Source of the DNA: the human T2T-CHM13v2.0 reference genome, Homo sapiens
Assembly (NCBI RefSeq): GCF_009914755.1
Contig: NC_060940.1
Reading direction: 5' to 3' (one strand)
DNA length: 64,000 nucleotides
Part shown: one piece after another, positions 14,458-31,212 of the stretch
Layout: every line of letters starts with the position of its first letter
Position numbering within the stretch: position 1 is the stretch's first letter
Made by a program: the position numbers and the translations under genes
Notes under the pieces: model-generated
What the model saw: the letters and a program-made list of their open reading frames with translations, nothing else
Told to the model about the DNA's origin: nothing
Database searches by the model: none

Positions 14458-14520
14458 GGACCATCAATGCTAGAAAGAAACTGCATCAACTAATGAGCAA
14501 AATAACCAGCTAACATCATA

Positions 14521-18348
<3,828 letters not shown>

Positions 18349-18660
18349 ACAATGAGAACCCATGGACACAGGAAGGGGAATATCACACACCAGGGACTGT
18401 TGTGGGGTGGGGGGAGCAGGGAGGGATAGCATTAGGAGATATACCTAATGGCAAATGACCAGTTAATGGGTGCAGCACACCAACATGGCACATGTATCCA
18501 TATGTTAGAAACCTGCACGTTGTGCACATGTACCCTAAAACTTAAAGTATATATATTAAAAAAAGGAAAACAAATAGTAATACTGAAAGCTTAACATATA
18601 AATAATTACATTAAATGTAAATACTTTAAATGTCTCAAGTGAAAATCGAGGATTCAAAAA

Positions 18661-19000
18661 AACTTTTAGGTTCAGGGGTACATGTGCTGGTTTGTTACAT
18701 AGATAAACTTGTGTCACAGGAGTTTGTTGTACAGATTATTTCACTACCCAGGTATTAAGCTCACTACCAAATAGTCATTTTTTCTGCTCCTCTGTCTCTT
18801 CCCACCCTCTGCCCTCAAGTAGATCCCACTGTCTGTTGTTTCCTTCTTTGTGTTCATAAGTTCTCAATATTTAGCTCTCACTTATAAGTGAGAACATGCA
18901 GTATTTGGTTTTCTGTTCCTGCATTAGTTTGCTAAGGATAATGGCCTCCATCTCCATTCCATGTACCTGCAAAGGATGTGATCTTGTTCTTTTTTACGGA
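18661..19000 (-). mobile_element. L1 3' end fragment (L1PA11-13-like)
   Basis: 'ggttcaggggtacatgtgctggtttgttacatag...gtacagattatttcac'. Confidence 0.8.
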
Positions 19001-19064
19001 CAAGCAGGGATTCTTTGATTAAGCAGCAAGACAGTGTGTATGCTGTCTACAAGAAATGCACTTA

Positions 19065-19392
19065 GGCTGGGTGCAGTGGCTCATGCCTGTAATCCTAGCA
19101 TTTTGGGAGGCTGAGGTGGGTGGATCCCCTGAGGTCACGAGTTCAAGACCAGCTTGGCCAACATGGTGAAACCCCATCTCTACTAAAAATATGAAAAATA
19201 TTAGCCAGGCATGGTGGCATGCACCTACCAGCTTCTTGGGAGGCTGAGGCAGGAGAAACACTGGAATCTGGGGGACGGAATTTGCAGTGAGCTGAGATTG
19301 CATCACTGCAGCCTGGGCACAGAGTGAGATTCTGTCTCCAAAAAAAAAAAAAAAAACAAAAACCAAAAAACAAAAAAACAAAAAAACAGAAA
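19065..19392 (+). mobile_element. AluS with small deletions in the right arm
   Basis: Alu dimer with A/C-rich tail. TSD aagaaatgca (19051 / 19393). Confidence 0.93.
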
Positions 19393-21888
19393 AAGAAATG
19401 CATTTTAAATATAAAGAAGTGAATAGGTTAATAGTAAAAGAATGAAAAAATATATCTTGCTTATACTAACCATAAAAATCAGGAGTGATTATATATAATC
19501 AGACAAAGCAGCTTTCAGAGAAAAGATTCTTACTAGGGAAAAAGATCATTTCGTAATGATAAATGGATCAGTTTATCAAGAAGACAACAATTCTTAGTCT
19601 TCATGCACCTAATAATAGGTCTTCAACATGCATAGCACAAGAAATGGATAGTACTGCAAGTATAGACAGACAAATCCACAATTTTAGTCATAGATACTAA
19701 TACCGCTCAAATAGTTGATAGGATAATAGACAGAAATTTGGTAAAGAAGACTAAAAAATATTAAGATAAAAATTTTACACAAATGTATTTATAGATTCAA
19801 TGCATTCTCAATAGAAGTTCCAGCAGACTTTCTGTGTGTGTGTGTGTGCGTGTATATGTATAAATAGACAAATTGATTCTAAAATTCACGTGGAAATGTA
19901 TAGGACCTGGAATAGCCCAGACTGCTTTGAAAAAAAAGTAAAGTTGGAGGACTTGCATGACCTGATTTAAGACAATGTAATGCTGTATCATCAAGATAGC
20001 GTAGAGATTGTGGTTATGGTTTCCTGGTTGTATACTTACGTCAAAACTAATCACATTGTATACTTTAAGTGTGTGCAGTCTATTGTATATCAATTATACC
20101 TCAATCAAACTGTTAAAAATGATTATTGCTAAGAAATAATGAATTTCAAGTAATATCAATAATTCAAGAAAAAAAACACGAGAAAGTGACAGAGCTACAC
20201 TTCTACTCTTAGCACAAGCAAGGTTAAAAACAACAAGCCAATAAAGTCAAACACTAAGTAGGCTGAAAAAAAATAAATTGATATGTAGATTGAAGACACA
20301 GTTATTTTTTTGAAGACACAGTTATTAATATATCACATTCTACTTGTTTTGCCTTGATATATTGATTAAAGCTTGTATGAAATGACCACCTGTTTCAAGA
20401 TATTTAAAAATTATACATCCAAAACACCAAGTGAATCCTACGCAATTGATAAATGAGTATCAAGACTTATTTTGCAAGATAATCAGGCTCTCCTCCCCTC
20501 GACACCCCATTTAAAGATTTTTGTGCTTTGAGGGATAGCTTGTTTAGCTATGTTGGCCACTAAAACCTAGTCTTGAAGTGAGCTGGACTAAGAATCAGAC
20601 TTAGATTAAAATCACAGTGATATTATCTTTAGTGATAGTAACAAGGATACTTGTTCTATCAATTCATAAAATAATTGTTTTAAAAATATGGCTTATTTCA
20701 TCCTTATTTTTGAAAATCTCTTAATGTATTTATCATGTATATTATGTGAGTAGAGTTGTATATACATAAAATTTATAAGTGAGTATGCATATTCTAAGGA
20801 AGAATCCAAAGTAAAAACAAGTATCTTGGGAAAATTCATGAAGCATGCAAACTGTCCAAGTGAATGCTGCTGAATTCAGAGAATTTATGAGTGTGTTTCT
20901 TGCAGTTCACCCTGCAGGGCTAGTTCAAGTTTGAGCTTAATAATATAGGAACTTAATAGCCCTGAAAAATACAGCATTTGGACATGTTCTATTTTGTGTT
21001 TTATAGAAATGTTGTTGAGATGCTTGACCTACAATACAACTATTTATACTAAATCCGAAAAGACTTCAAAGTGAGAAAAATACTGGAAATTTTATCTAGT
21101 CCTACTGAATGGTGAGGGACATGCAGAATGTGGAATTAAGATCATGCCTGTATCTTTCCAATCAGTATGATTTATTAGGAGAAGCAAAAGCTTGAAAAGA
21201 GTCAAAGAACAATAGCCACACACCCAGAGCTTACTAAAACCTCCCTAAATCAGTTAAATAGCAAATTTATTGCAGTTTTTGTTGTGATTGAGGAAATATT
21301 TTGATTCATTATTTAAAAAAATCAAAATACACAACTGTATGATAATTATGTTTTCAAGTGTGTGTGCTAAATATTTTGATATCTGCCTTTCTAGTTTTAT
21401 TTTTAAACAAACAGCAGTTGCCTTTGACATATGGAATTATATATTATTATGATTATGCTTTTAAAATCTATATACTTTATGAAAATTTTATGTGATCGTG
21501 TGTTTTCTTAAATATCAGAAAAATGTTCACAGATAAACATATAAGGGAAACTATATATCATTTCATATTTTTCACTTTTTATAAAATAAATATATTTTAT
21601 TCAATATGATTTTAATTTTATAACTTTTCTGAGTTTTTTAATATAAAAATTCAGAAATTAGAAAGTCTCTTGCTAACTTTGTATACTTGATCTTTGATTT
21701 CAAATATAGAAACTAACATTATAGGACATTGATAGTGAGATGTATAATATATTCTTTGCATCTCTACAGGTAAGTTGTTTCAATTGCCATATTTTCCTCA
21801 TTATAAAACATTTTCATATGTAATATAGAAGGCATAACTTGTACTCTCTTGTCTGTCCTTTACTCTCTTTTAAAAATTGTTATATTAG

Positions 21889-22722
21889 TATGACCAGACA
21901 TTTCTCAAAAGAAGACATACAAGCAGCCAACAAATATATGAAAAAATGATTAGTATCACTAATTGTCAGAGAGATGAAAATCAAACCCACAGTGAGATTC
22001 TATCTGACACCTCTCAGAATGACTATTACTAAAACTTCAGAAAATAACATGTGTTGGCGAGGTTGTGGATAAAAGAGAACGCATACATTGTTGGTGGGAA
22101 TATAAATTAGTTTTGCCCCTGTGGAAAATAACTTGGAGATTTCTAAAAAAACTAAAGATAGAATTACTATTCAACCCAGCAGTCCCCTTCCTGGGTATAT
22201 ACCCAAAGGAAAATAAATCATTCTACCAAAAAGATACCTCCACTCATATGTTTATTGCAGCACTATTCACATTAGCAAAGACATGGAATCAGCCCAGGTG
22301 TCCATCAACAGTGAACTGGTAAACTGGATAAAGAAAATGTGATACATATACACCATGAAATACTACACAGCCATAAAAAGAAAGAAATCATGTCCTTTGC
22401 AGTAACATGGATGGAGCTGAAGGCCATTATCCTAAGCAAATTAAAGCAGAGGCAGAAAACTAAATACCGCATGTTCTTAGTTATAAATGGGAGCTAAACG
22501 TTGGGTACACATGGACACAAAGATGAGAACAATGAACACTGTAGATTCCAAAAGGCAGGAGGGAGGAGGAAGCCAAGGGTTGCAAAAACTACCTATAGGG
22601 TACTATGTTCACTATTTGGGCGATGGCATTATGAGAAGCCCAAACCTCAGCATCATGCACTATATCCATGCAATAAATCTGCACATGTACATATCCCCTG
22701 AATCTAAAATTTAAAAATAGAT
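21889..22722 (+). mobile_element. Truncated L1 (L1PA16/L1PB-like) ORF2 end and 3'UTR
   Basis: ORF 22065-22322 is L1 C-terminal homology (HCWWEYKLV...FIAALFTLAKTWNQP). TSD aaa(a/g)ttgt(t/c)atattag. Confidence 0.88.
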
Positions 22723-23292
22723 AAAGTTGTCATATTAGGGATGCATGCTTTTTTTTGATAATAGCCTTATTGAGGAGAGATGACATATGACAAACTACAC
22801 ATTCCTAAAGCATACAAGTTTGGGTGTATGATGCACCCACGAAATCATGACCACAGTCAAGATAGGGTGCATATCTATTACCCCCAAAAGTCTTCTCATG
22901 CTTCTTTGTCATTCCTCCCTTTCAGGCTGCACAAGCCTCCTCCTCACCTCCACTATGTCCTTAGGCAACCACGGATCTACTTTCTATCACTATAGGTTAA
23001 TTTACATTTTCTATAATTTGGCATACATGGAATTACACAGTAAGTACTACTTTTTGTCTGATTTCTTTCACCCAGCATAATGATTTTGAAATCCTTCCAT
23101 GGTTTTAGTATATACTAATAATTCTCTTCTTTTTATTGCTCAGTAGTATTCCATTACAGGATATACCACAATTTGTTCATTCATTTACTTGTTGAGGGAG
23201 TTTTAAACTGTTTACAGTGTTTGGCTGTTACAAATATATTTCTTATAAATATTTATGTACAATACTTTGTGGTATGTTCATCTTTAACTTTT

Positions 23293-23582
<290 letters not shown>

Positions 23583-25905
23583 ACATCTTCAACTTTTACA
23601 GAAGCTTCCAGACAGTTTCCAGAGCAGTTCTACCATTTTCCGTTATCGTTAGCAGGATACAGGAGTTGTAGTACTGCCATATTCTTGCCAATACTTCATA
23701 TGCTTACTTACTTTTTTTTTTTTTTAGCTGCTTTAATGGGTGCATAGTGGTATATGGTTGTGGTTTAATTTGCATTTTCCTAATGACTAATACTGAATAT
23801 TGTTTCATATGCTTTCTTGTCACTCATTTTTTTTTTGTTTAAGTATCTGTTTAAATCTTCTGTCCTCCACCTTTTTAAAAACTGAGTTTTTTCGTTTCTT
23901 ATTGCTGAATTTTGAGGGTTCTTTACATATTCTGAAAACAAGTCCTTTTTCAAATATATGCTTTGCAAACGTTTTCTACATGTCTGTTGCTTGTCTTTTC
24001 ATTGTCTTAAGGATGTCTGTCAAGGAGAAATTTTAAATTTTGATGAGGTCCAATTTATCAATTTGTTCTTTTGTAAATCATGATTTTGGTGACATATCTG
24101 AGAAGTATTTGCCTAACCGAAGTCAAAAAGGCTTTCTGCTGTGGTTTTCTTCTGAAAGTTTTTTTAGTTTTTACATTTAGGTCTGTGACCCATTTTGAGT
24201 TAACATATGTGGTGTGAGCTGTGGATCAAAGTTCTGTTCTGCATCGTTGCAGCAGCATTTGTTTAAAACATTTTCCTTGCTCCACTGAATTGTCTTTGTG
24301 TCTTTATTGAAAATCAAGTGTCCATATATGTTTGGGCCTCTTTCTAGACTCTCTGTATTCTATTACAGTGATCTTCTTGTTTATCTTTATGGCAATGTCT
24401 TACATTCTTGATTACCGAAGCTTTTAGTGAGTCTTTAAATCAGGTAGTATTCATCCTTCAATTTTGGTCTTCTTTTTCAAGTTCATTTGGGTATTCTAGG
24501 TACTCTGCCTTTCCATATGAGTTGTTAGAATCAGTTTGATTATTTCTACAAAAAAAAGCCTGCTTGGATTTTGATCATGATTTGATTGAATTTATAGATC
24601 AGTTTGGGAAAAATGGACAGTTTTACAATATTACGTCTTCTGATTCATAAGCATGGTACATCTTTTCATTTATTTAGGATTTTCTCAGTTTCTGTTAACA
24701 TTATCTTTTAGTTTTATGTGTTCATGTCTTGCATATATTTTATCCTATTTATTCCTAGTAATTTCATACTTTTGGTGCTATTGTAAATGACATATTAAAA
24801 AATTTCAACTTCTAATTTTTCTTTTTCTGGAAAGTTGAAATATAATTTATTTTTGTGTGTTAATTTTGTATCCTGCAGCTTTTCTAAATTCATGTATTAG
24901 TTCTAGTTGCTTTATTGTACATTCCATTGTGTTTTGTGTTTTTTACATAGACAATCATGTCATCTGTGAAACCGACATCTTTACTCCTTTTTTTTCCAAA
25001 CTGAATGCCCTTTAGTTATTTTTCTTACCTTATTGCCCTTGCCAGAATCTCCAGTATAATGTTGAATGTAACTGGTCAGAATTGACATCCTTGCTTTGTT
25101 TCTATTCTCAGGGAAAACATTCTGTCTTTTATCAATACTTTTGATGTTAGCTGTTTGTTTTATGTAGCTGCCTTTTATTGAGTTGAGGAAGTTTTCTTCT
25201 ACCTGTATTTGGCTAAGTTTTTATCAGGAATAATGTTGGATTTTGTCAAATGTACTTTCTGTATCTACTGAGATGATAATATAGTTTGTTTTCAATGTTA
25301 GAACATGAAGGTGAATTACATTAATGTTTGAGTGCTGAACCAACTGTGCATTCCTGAGATACACTCAAGTTGATCATGATGTATTATCATTATTGTAAAA
25401 CGTTGAAATCATTTTGCTAAAAATTTTCTTAGAATTTTTATATCCGTGATCATAAGAGTTATTCATCTGTAGTTTTCTTTTCTTACAACATCTTTGATTT
25501 TTTGTACCAGAATAATTCTTGTGTCGTGAATGGGTTGTAAACTATTTCTTCAGGTTTCACATTTCTCCAAGAGTTTGTGTAGAATACTATTTATTTGTTA
25601 AGTGTTTGGCAGACTTCAACAGTGAAGTTATCTGGGCTTGGAATTTTGTTTTTGGAAAAGCTTTTAACTCTAAAAACTATCTAATTGATATGGGTCTATA
25701 TAGGTTGTCGATTTCTTCTTGAGTGAGCTTTGGTAGTTTGTGTCTTTCAAAGAATTTGTCCATTTCATCTAAGTTATTGCATTTATTAGCATAAAGTTGT
25801 TTATAATATTTCCTTATCTATAGAATCTGTAGTGATTTCACTTCTCTCATTCCTGAGACTGGTAATATTAATAATTTGTTCTCTGTCTTGCTCTCTTTCT
25901 TGCAC

Positions 25906-25915
25906 GTGTGCGTGT

Positions 25916-25950
<35 letters not shown>
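25906..25950. repeat. (TG)n microsatellite
   Basis: Direct reading: about 22 mostly perfect units. Confidence 0.95.
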
Positions 25951-25956
<6 letters not shown>

Positions 25957-27289
25957 GTCTGGCTAGAAGTTTATCAATATTTTTGGAAAATATAAAGAAC
26001 CAGATTTTGGTCTCATTGTTTTTCTCTTATTTTTCTGTTTCTATTTCATTTACTTCCACTTTCATCTTCATTATTTCTTCTTCTACGTTTCAGTTTAATT
26101 TGCTGTTCTAATTTTTCAAAATAGATGCTAAGATAATTCATTTGAGGCTTCCTTCTTCTACTCCTCCTGCTCTTTATTTTTGAAATAGGTCTTCAGTGCT
26201 ATAAATTTTGTCCCAATTACTGCTTTAGAAGCATTCCTCAAAGTTTGATATGTTGTGATTTTATTTTCATTGAATTAAAACAATTTATAATTTTTATTAG
26301 TTTCTTCTTTGACATGGGTTATTTATGAGGATGTTATTTTATTTCTACATATTTTTAGATTTTTCCAGAGATATTTCTGTTGTTGATTTTATTTTAATTT
26401 CATTGTGTTCAGAGAACATACTTTATCTGACCTGAATTCTTTCACATTTATTGAGACTTATGTTATGACCCAGAGTATAATCTGTCTTTGTAAATGTTTC
26501 ATATGCACTTGAAAAAAACGTGTATTTTGCTGTTGTTGGGAGGAGCGTCCTAAAAATGTCAATTAGGTCAAGACATTTGTTTATAATTTTCAAGTCTTCC
26601 ATCCTTAATGATATTCTGTCTACTTTTTCTATCAATTATAGCTGGCTATAATTGTGGTTGTCTACTTCTACTTGCAGTCCTGTCTCTTTTTTTTGCTTCA
26701 TATATTGTTAACCTCTATTATCAGGTACTTAAATGTTTAGGATTTTAAAAATCTTTTGCTTGGCACATAATGGACAAAGCTTTTCCATGTATCTTAGCAA
26801 GATACATGGAAGGATACGTGCAAAATGTAACAAAATGTAACACAGCATAATCTACTTGGATATGTCTTCATTTCATATGCTCCATCGTGCACTTCTTTTT
26901 GTTTTACAAGGCAATATTGGAGATATGATCGTTCCTCTTCCTACAAGTATTAGCCTGACTAATGTTAAACTTACGTTCTGTTTCTGGTATTATGTGTCTA
27001 TTACTTTCTAGGTGTCCAACATTTAAATTCAAAGCTCAATCATCAAAATCAAAGATATTTTATGTAATCAATTTCAAGGGTATTTTATATGGCAATTAAA
27101 CTCTACACATGTAGTTTCAACACTATACAGACTCCATTGAAGAGATGACAATGTCGGTAATGATGACCAAGTTTGTGCATGTGTAGGCAATGTCAATTAT
27201 GCATTGATTGCTATCTAAATGATACTAAGCATAAGACATATACCTTGATGTTTAAATGTGAAAAAATTTATTTTAAGTCTATGAAATAT

Positions 27290-27750
27290 GGTTCATGCCA
27301 GATAGGAGTATTGTATTCTATATAGTGATGGATGAATCAGCCAAGTTACTGTCCCCATAGAGCTTATGTTCTAGTGTGTATAGGCCAATATGAAATAAGC
27401 ACAAAATAAATGAGACAATTCTTACCCATGGTATATACTAAGAAGAAAAGAAAGAGCAATGCAGTAGTAGGTTAAAGGGGTAGGGTGAAGGTGCTATTAA
27501 TTGGGTTGTCAGTGAAGGCCTTTCTGAGGATGTCATGAGTGAGATGAATGACACTGAGACCTGAATAGGGAGAGGAAGCCATTGGGGATGACATTGGGGA
27601 AGAGCATTTGAAGCAGAGGGAGCAACAAGTAGAAGGGCTCTTGATCAGGCATGAGCTTGGTGCTGGAGAAACATAAAGAAAATTAGCATGGCTGGAGTTT
27701 AGTGAGTAAGAATGGTAGCAGGTGAAGGTAGAGAAGTGGGTTGTGAGGCT
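27290..27750 (-). mobile_element. L2 fragment
   Basis: 'ctgtccccatagagcttatgttctagt...agagcatttgaagcagagggagcaaca'. Confidence 0.65.
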
Positions 27751-28139
27751 GTTTTTGCTTTAGTTTCTCTAAAGTTGAACCAGAAGATTAAGTATTCTTT
27801 TAGAAAAACACATTAGACACATTACTGCACGTGGATGTGTTTCATTTCAACCCTGTGTGGGGACTAAAAAAAGAAGGAAATAAGCCGAGCCTCCCAGGGT
27901 GCTTAGCATCTGTACTACATGCAATTTAGCACTTGGATATATGTTTCCATGTGCTACTTGCAAATTGTGTAATCTGTTTTAGCCTTGTCACTCTGAGGGG
28001 AAAGGGCCATGTTATATTGGTTCAATTAGTATGATATGGCTTCTCAAGGGATAGTTATGGCTTGGGTGAGGCAGGGGGTAGAAGAGGTTTGATGCAAAAT
28101 CAGCATGTTTCCTGGCAATTACATTAACCAGTTAGCACT

Positions 28140-28660
28140 TAAAAGGAGCATCATTGGAACATCTTTCTGGAGGGCAATCTTGAAATACGTATCAACCAAT
28201 CCAAGTTTTTTTTTAATGCTTTTATTTTGAAAAGTACATGAAAGAAATGATCAGGGCAAAGATGCTTCAACAGGGATGTTCATTGAACTGCTTTTTTTGT
28301 AATAGCAAAAAAGTTGTCAACAAGTTAACGTTGGAAAACAGAGTTACTATAAAATATTATTTAGTACTAAATTTGTGAGGTAGATTTATGCTTTTTGACA
28401 TAAATGGTGTCTAAAGTATTTTAAATGTAAAATATGGGCAGAAGCAGAGTATAATTCCACCTTTGAGAAACAATAAGTTTGTTTATGTGAGAAAAGAAGA
28501 AGAAAAAATACCTGGCCATCTACAAATATCAAAACTGCGGTTGTTTCTTTGTAGTGGGGCTATACATAGGCTTCTTTTTATCTTTACAGATGTTTATATT
28601 GTCTGAGCATTTTACAATGATATACATTTTGTACATAAGATTATTAGAAAAAACTTCTAT
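28140..28660 (+). mobile_element. Old L1ME-type 3' fragment
   Basis: 'ctggagggcaatcttgaaatacgtatc', 'ggatgttcattgaactgc...gtaatagcaaaaa'. Confidence 0.5.
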
Positions 28661-28826
28661 TTCTATGTTGAAAAATAACACAAGGCAAGCTGCTTGTTGA
28701 GCAGGAGTTGAGTTAAAGGGTAAAACAGTTTATGAGGTAATGCCAAGAACACACTTGGGGCACATCCAGAAGAAAGTGGTTCTGGCATTACACTTGACAC
28801 ATAATAGAAAACAAATGGTGAGTAGT

Positions 28827-29702
28827 TGTTATGGGTTGAACTGTGTCCCCTACAAAATCCGTATGTTGAAGTCCCAACCCATAGTATCTCAGAATGTAAC
28901 CATAGTTGGAAATATCGGATGCCGAGCGCAGATCGCGTGCAGCTCGCTAGCGGTGTTGGCTGAGAGGTCTAGAAGGGCTAGACTTGCTAGAGGATGACTT
29001 TGGCTAGAGATTTACTACCTCCGTCCTTGGAAGAGGAAAAGAAAAAACATAAAAAGAAACGGCTAGTGCAAAGTCCACATTCTTACTATATGCATGTAAA
29101 ATGTCCAGGTTGCTACAAGATTACCACGGTTTTCAGCCATGCTCAGAGAGTGGTTCTTTGTGTAGGTTGTTTAACAGTGTTGTGCCAGCCTACAGGAGGA
29201 AAGGCCAGCCTCACAGAAGGGTATTCATTTAGAGGAAAGCAACACTAATGATCCACACAGCTTCCTGAATTCGTGTTATCTTTCAGAAAGCCTTATCGTA
29301 AGTTCCATAATTTGAATTAATCTACCAAGATAATGTAATTACATTTGGTTTTGTAAGGTATACAACAGTGATCTCCCATTTTGATGTCAGGCTTTCAATA
29401 AAGTTTTGGTTATGGGGAAAAAAAAGAAATGTCACCTTTACAGAGGCAATTAAGTTAAAACGAGGCAGGTAGGGTGGGTCCTGCTTCTAGTATGGATGTG
29501 CACAAAAGGAGGAAAGTCCATGTGAGGACGCAGTGAGAAGGCAGCCATCTGCAAGCCAAGGAGAGAGGCTTCAGGAGAATCCAAACCTACTGACACCTGG
29601 ATCTTGGACTCGTAGCCTTCAGAACTGTGCGACAGTGAATTTCTGTTGTTTAAGCCGCCCAGTTCATGGTATTCTGTATGGCAGCCTTAACAGACTCATA
29701 CA
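28827..29702 (+). mobile_element. MLT1 (MLT1B-like) MaLR LTR, split by the RPS27L retrocopy
   Basis: 'tgttatgggttgaactgtgtcccc' ... 'ctgttgtttaagcc...atggcagccttaacagactcataca'. Confidence 0.85.
28914..29425 (+). pseudogene. RPS27L: Processed pseudogene of ribosomal protein S27-like (eS27); intact 84-aa ORF at 28994-29248
   Basis: Intronless ORF with RPS27L-specific residues R5, L12 and K17 and the zinc finger CPGC...CVGC. Also 5'UTR, 3'UTR, AATAAA at 29397-29402, A-tail at 29418-29425 and a short gaaat TSD. The symbol names the parent gene. Confidence 0.93.
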
Positions 29703-29729
29703 GTGGTCAAAAAATGATGGCTGCTATTA

Positions 29730-29960
29730 TTAAGAAGAGTTATTCAACACTAGGCACTGCACTAAGGACTTTACATGCATTATCTTATTTCTTCATCACA
29801 TAATCTTATGAATTAGATTCTATGATTCATACATATTTTGCAAAAAAAGTAACTGAGGCTTAAGGGTCTTAACTAATTCATTGCATAGCTAGCAATGTGG
29901 CAGAGCTAGGTTTTGAATGTTGGTTGTCTGATGCTGTAACTTCTGCCCTTAGGCGCTGCA
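29730..29960 (-). mobile_element. MIR
   Basis: 'aggcactgcactaaggactttacatgcattatcttattt...aactgaggct'. Confidence 0.7.
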
Positions 29961-30849
29961 CTAATATTAGTATGACTTTGTGACAGTACACAAAGTTAGG
30001 ATCCAAGAAAGTTAACATGGCAACACCAATAAAATGGCACATGATTTCACTCTAGGTAATAAATGTATACAATATTTATATCTTTTTTTGTTGAATTGAA
30101 AAACTCTTCCTCTTTATTACAAGGTAAAGAGATTTCATGATATTTTATTTGTTTGGTTGTGAACTACTAGGGGTATAATCCCATATAACTCAGTGGGAAG
30201 AGTAGTTGAGTACTAGAACTGGGACCAGGTCTCTTGGAAACTAAATAGAGACAAAGAACAAATAAAGGAAGCTGCCATTTGGAATTTGAAACCCTTAAAT
30301 ATTCAGTGCCCCATTACAGTTTGCTTGGCTCTTAACTTCGGGATGCTCTGTCATAAACACTTCAAGTCAATCTTCCGAGGAAGGTCTTACCGTCAGTGAA
30401 GAAACTTAGGTTCTGAGAGATGAAGCAACTTTTCTGAACTCACAGGTCTGGTCAGTGTTTTTTATCTCCAAAGTCAGACTGGGAGTGTGGACATACATCT
30501 TCTTGCTCCCCGGCCATGCGTGAAGAGGACGGCCGTGTTTATCCAGGGAATTAACCCTTTCTCTGTTACCATTAATTTCTACTTATTTTATGTTCACTCT
30601 TTAGAAGATATTCTGCATTTGACTGTATAGAGGAAAGTCTGAGTTCCTGGCCCCTCAAAACTTTGAACTTCAGATAACTGAAACTTGGAAAGTTTACTTT
30701 CCAGAAATAACTTATTGGAGACTAATTTGGAGAAAATAGGGAATCCCTCTTGTAATTCAAGAGCTTAATAACACCAAGATTGAATCATTTAGTGAATGCT
30801 TGCAATGTGCCAGGAACCATGAAATGCACTTTCCCGTTAAACATGAGGC

Positions 30850-31149
30850 ATGTATTTCTCCAGCTTCTGGGAGGGTTGGCTGCCAGCAGCTCAGAGCTGA
30901 GCCTCTCTCTAGGAATTTCCTTTAACCAAGTGGGTGGCCCTTATCCAGTGACTAGTTGATTAGGGTACGAAAGAAACAGTATAGCTCTAGAGAGCCATGC
31001 AGAGATCCCCCTAGAGTTGGCTGGGGCTTCTCTATGGGTTATCTTCTCCCTCTGTCCAGTACTTGTTCCTCTAACTGCTTTCTAATACACCTCCTGCACT
31101 TGAATCTCCACCTTAAAGTCTAGTTCCTAGCAAACCTGATGTAAGTCAG
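30850..31149 (+). mobile_element. Old ERVL LTR fragment (LTR16-like)
   Basis: 'cagctcagagctgagcctctctctaggaatt' ... 'ctcctgcacttgaatctccacctt'. Confidence 0.5.
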
Positions 31150-31165
31150 AAGCCAAATAAAATTT

Positions 31166-31212
31166 CATCCATCCATCCATCCATCCATCCATCCATCCAT
31201 CCATCCATCCAT
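31166..31212. repeat. (TCCA)n microsatellite at an L2 tail
   Basis: About 11 units, followed by L2-like 'ccaggcaatattcaagg'. Confidence 0.9.

Noticed and set aside
28740-28997. 85-aa ORF whose stop overlaps the RPS27L ATG (ATGA)
   Set aside because: It crosses unique DNA, the MLT1 LTR and the retrocopy UTR with no protein similarity. Chance overlap is most likely.
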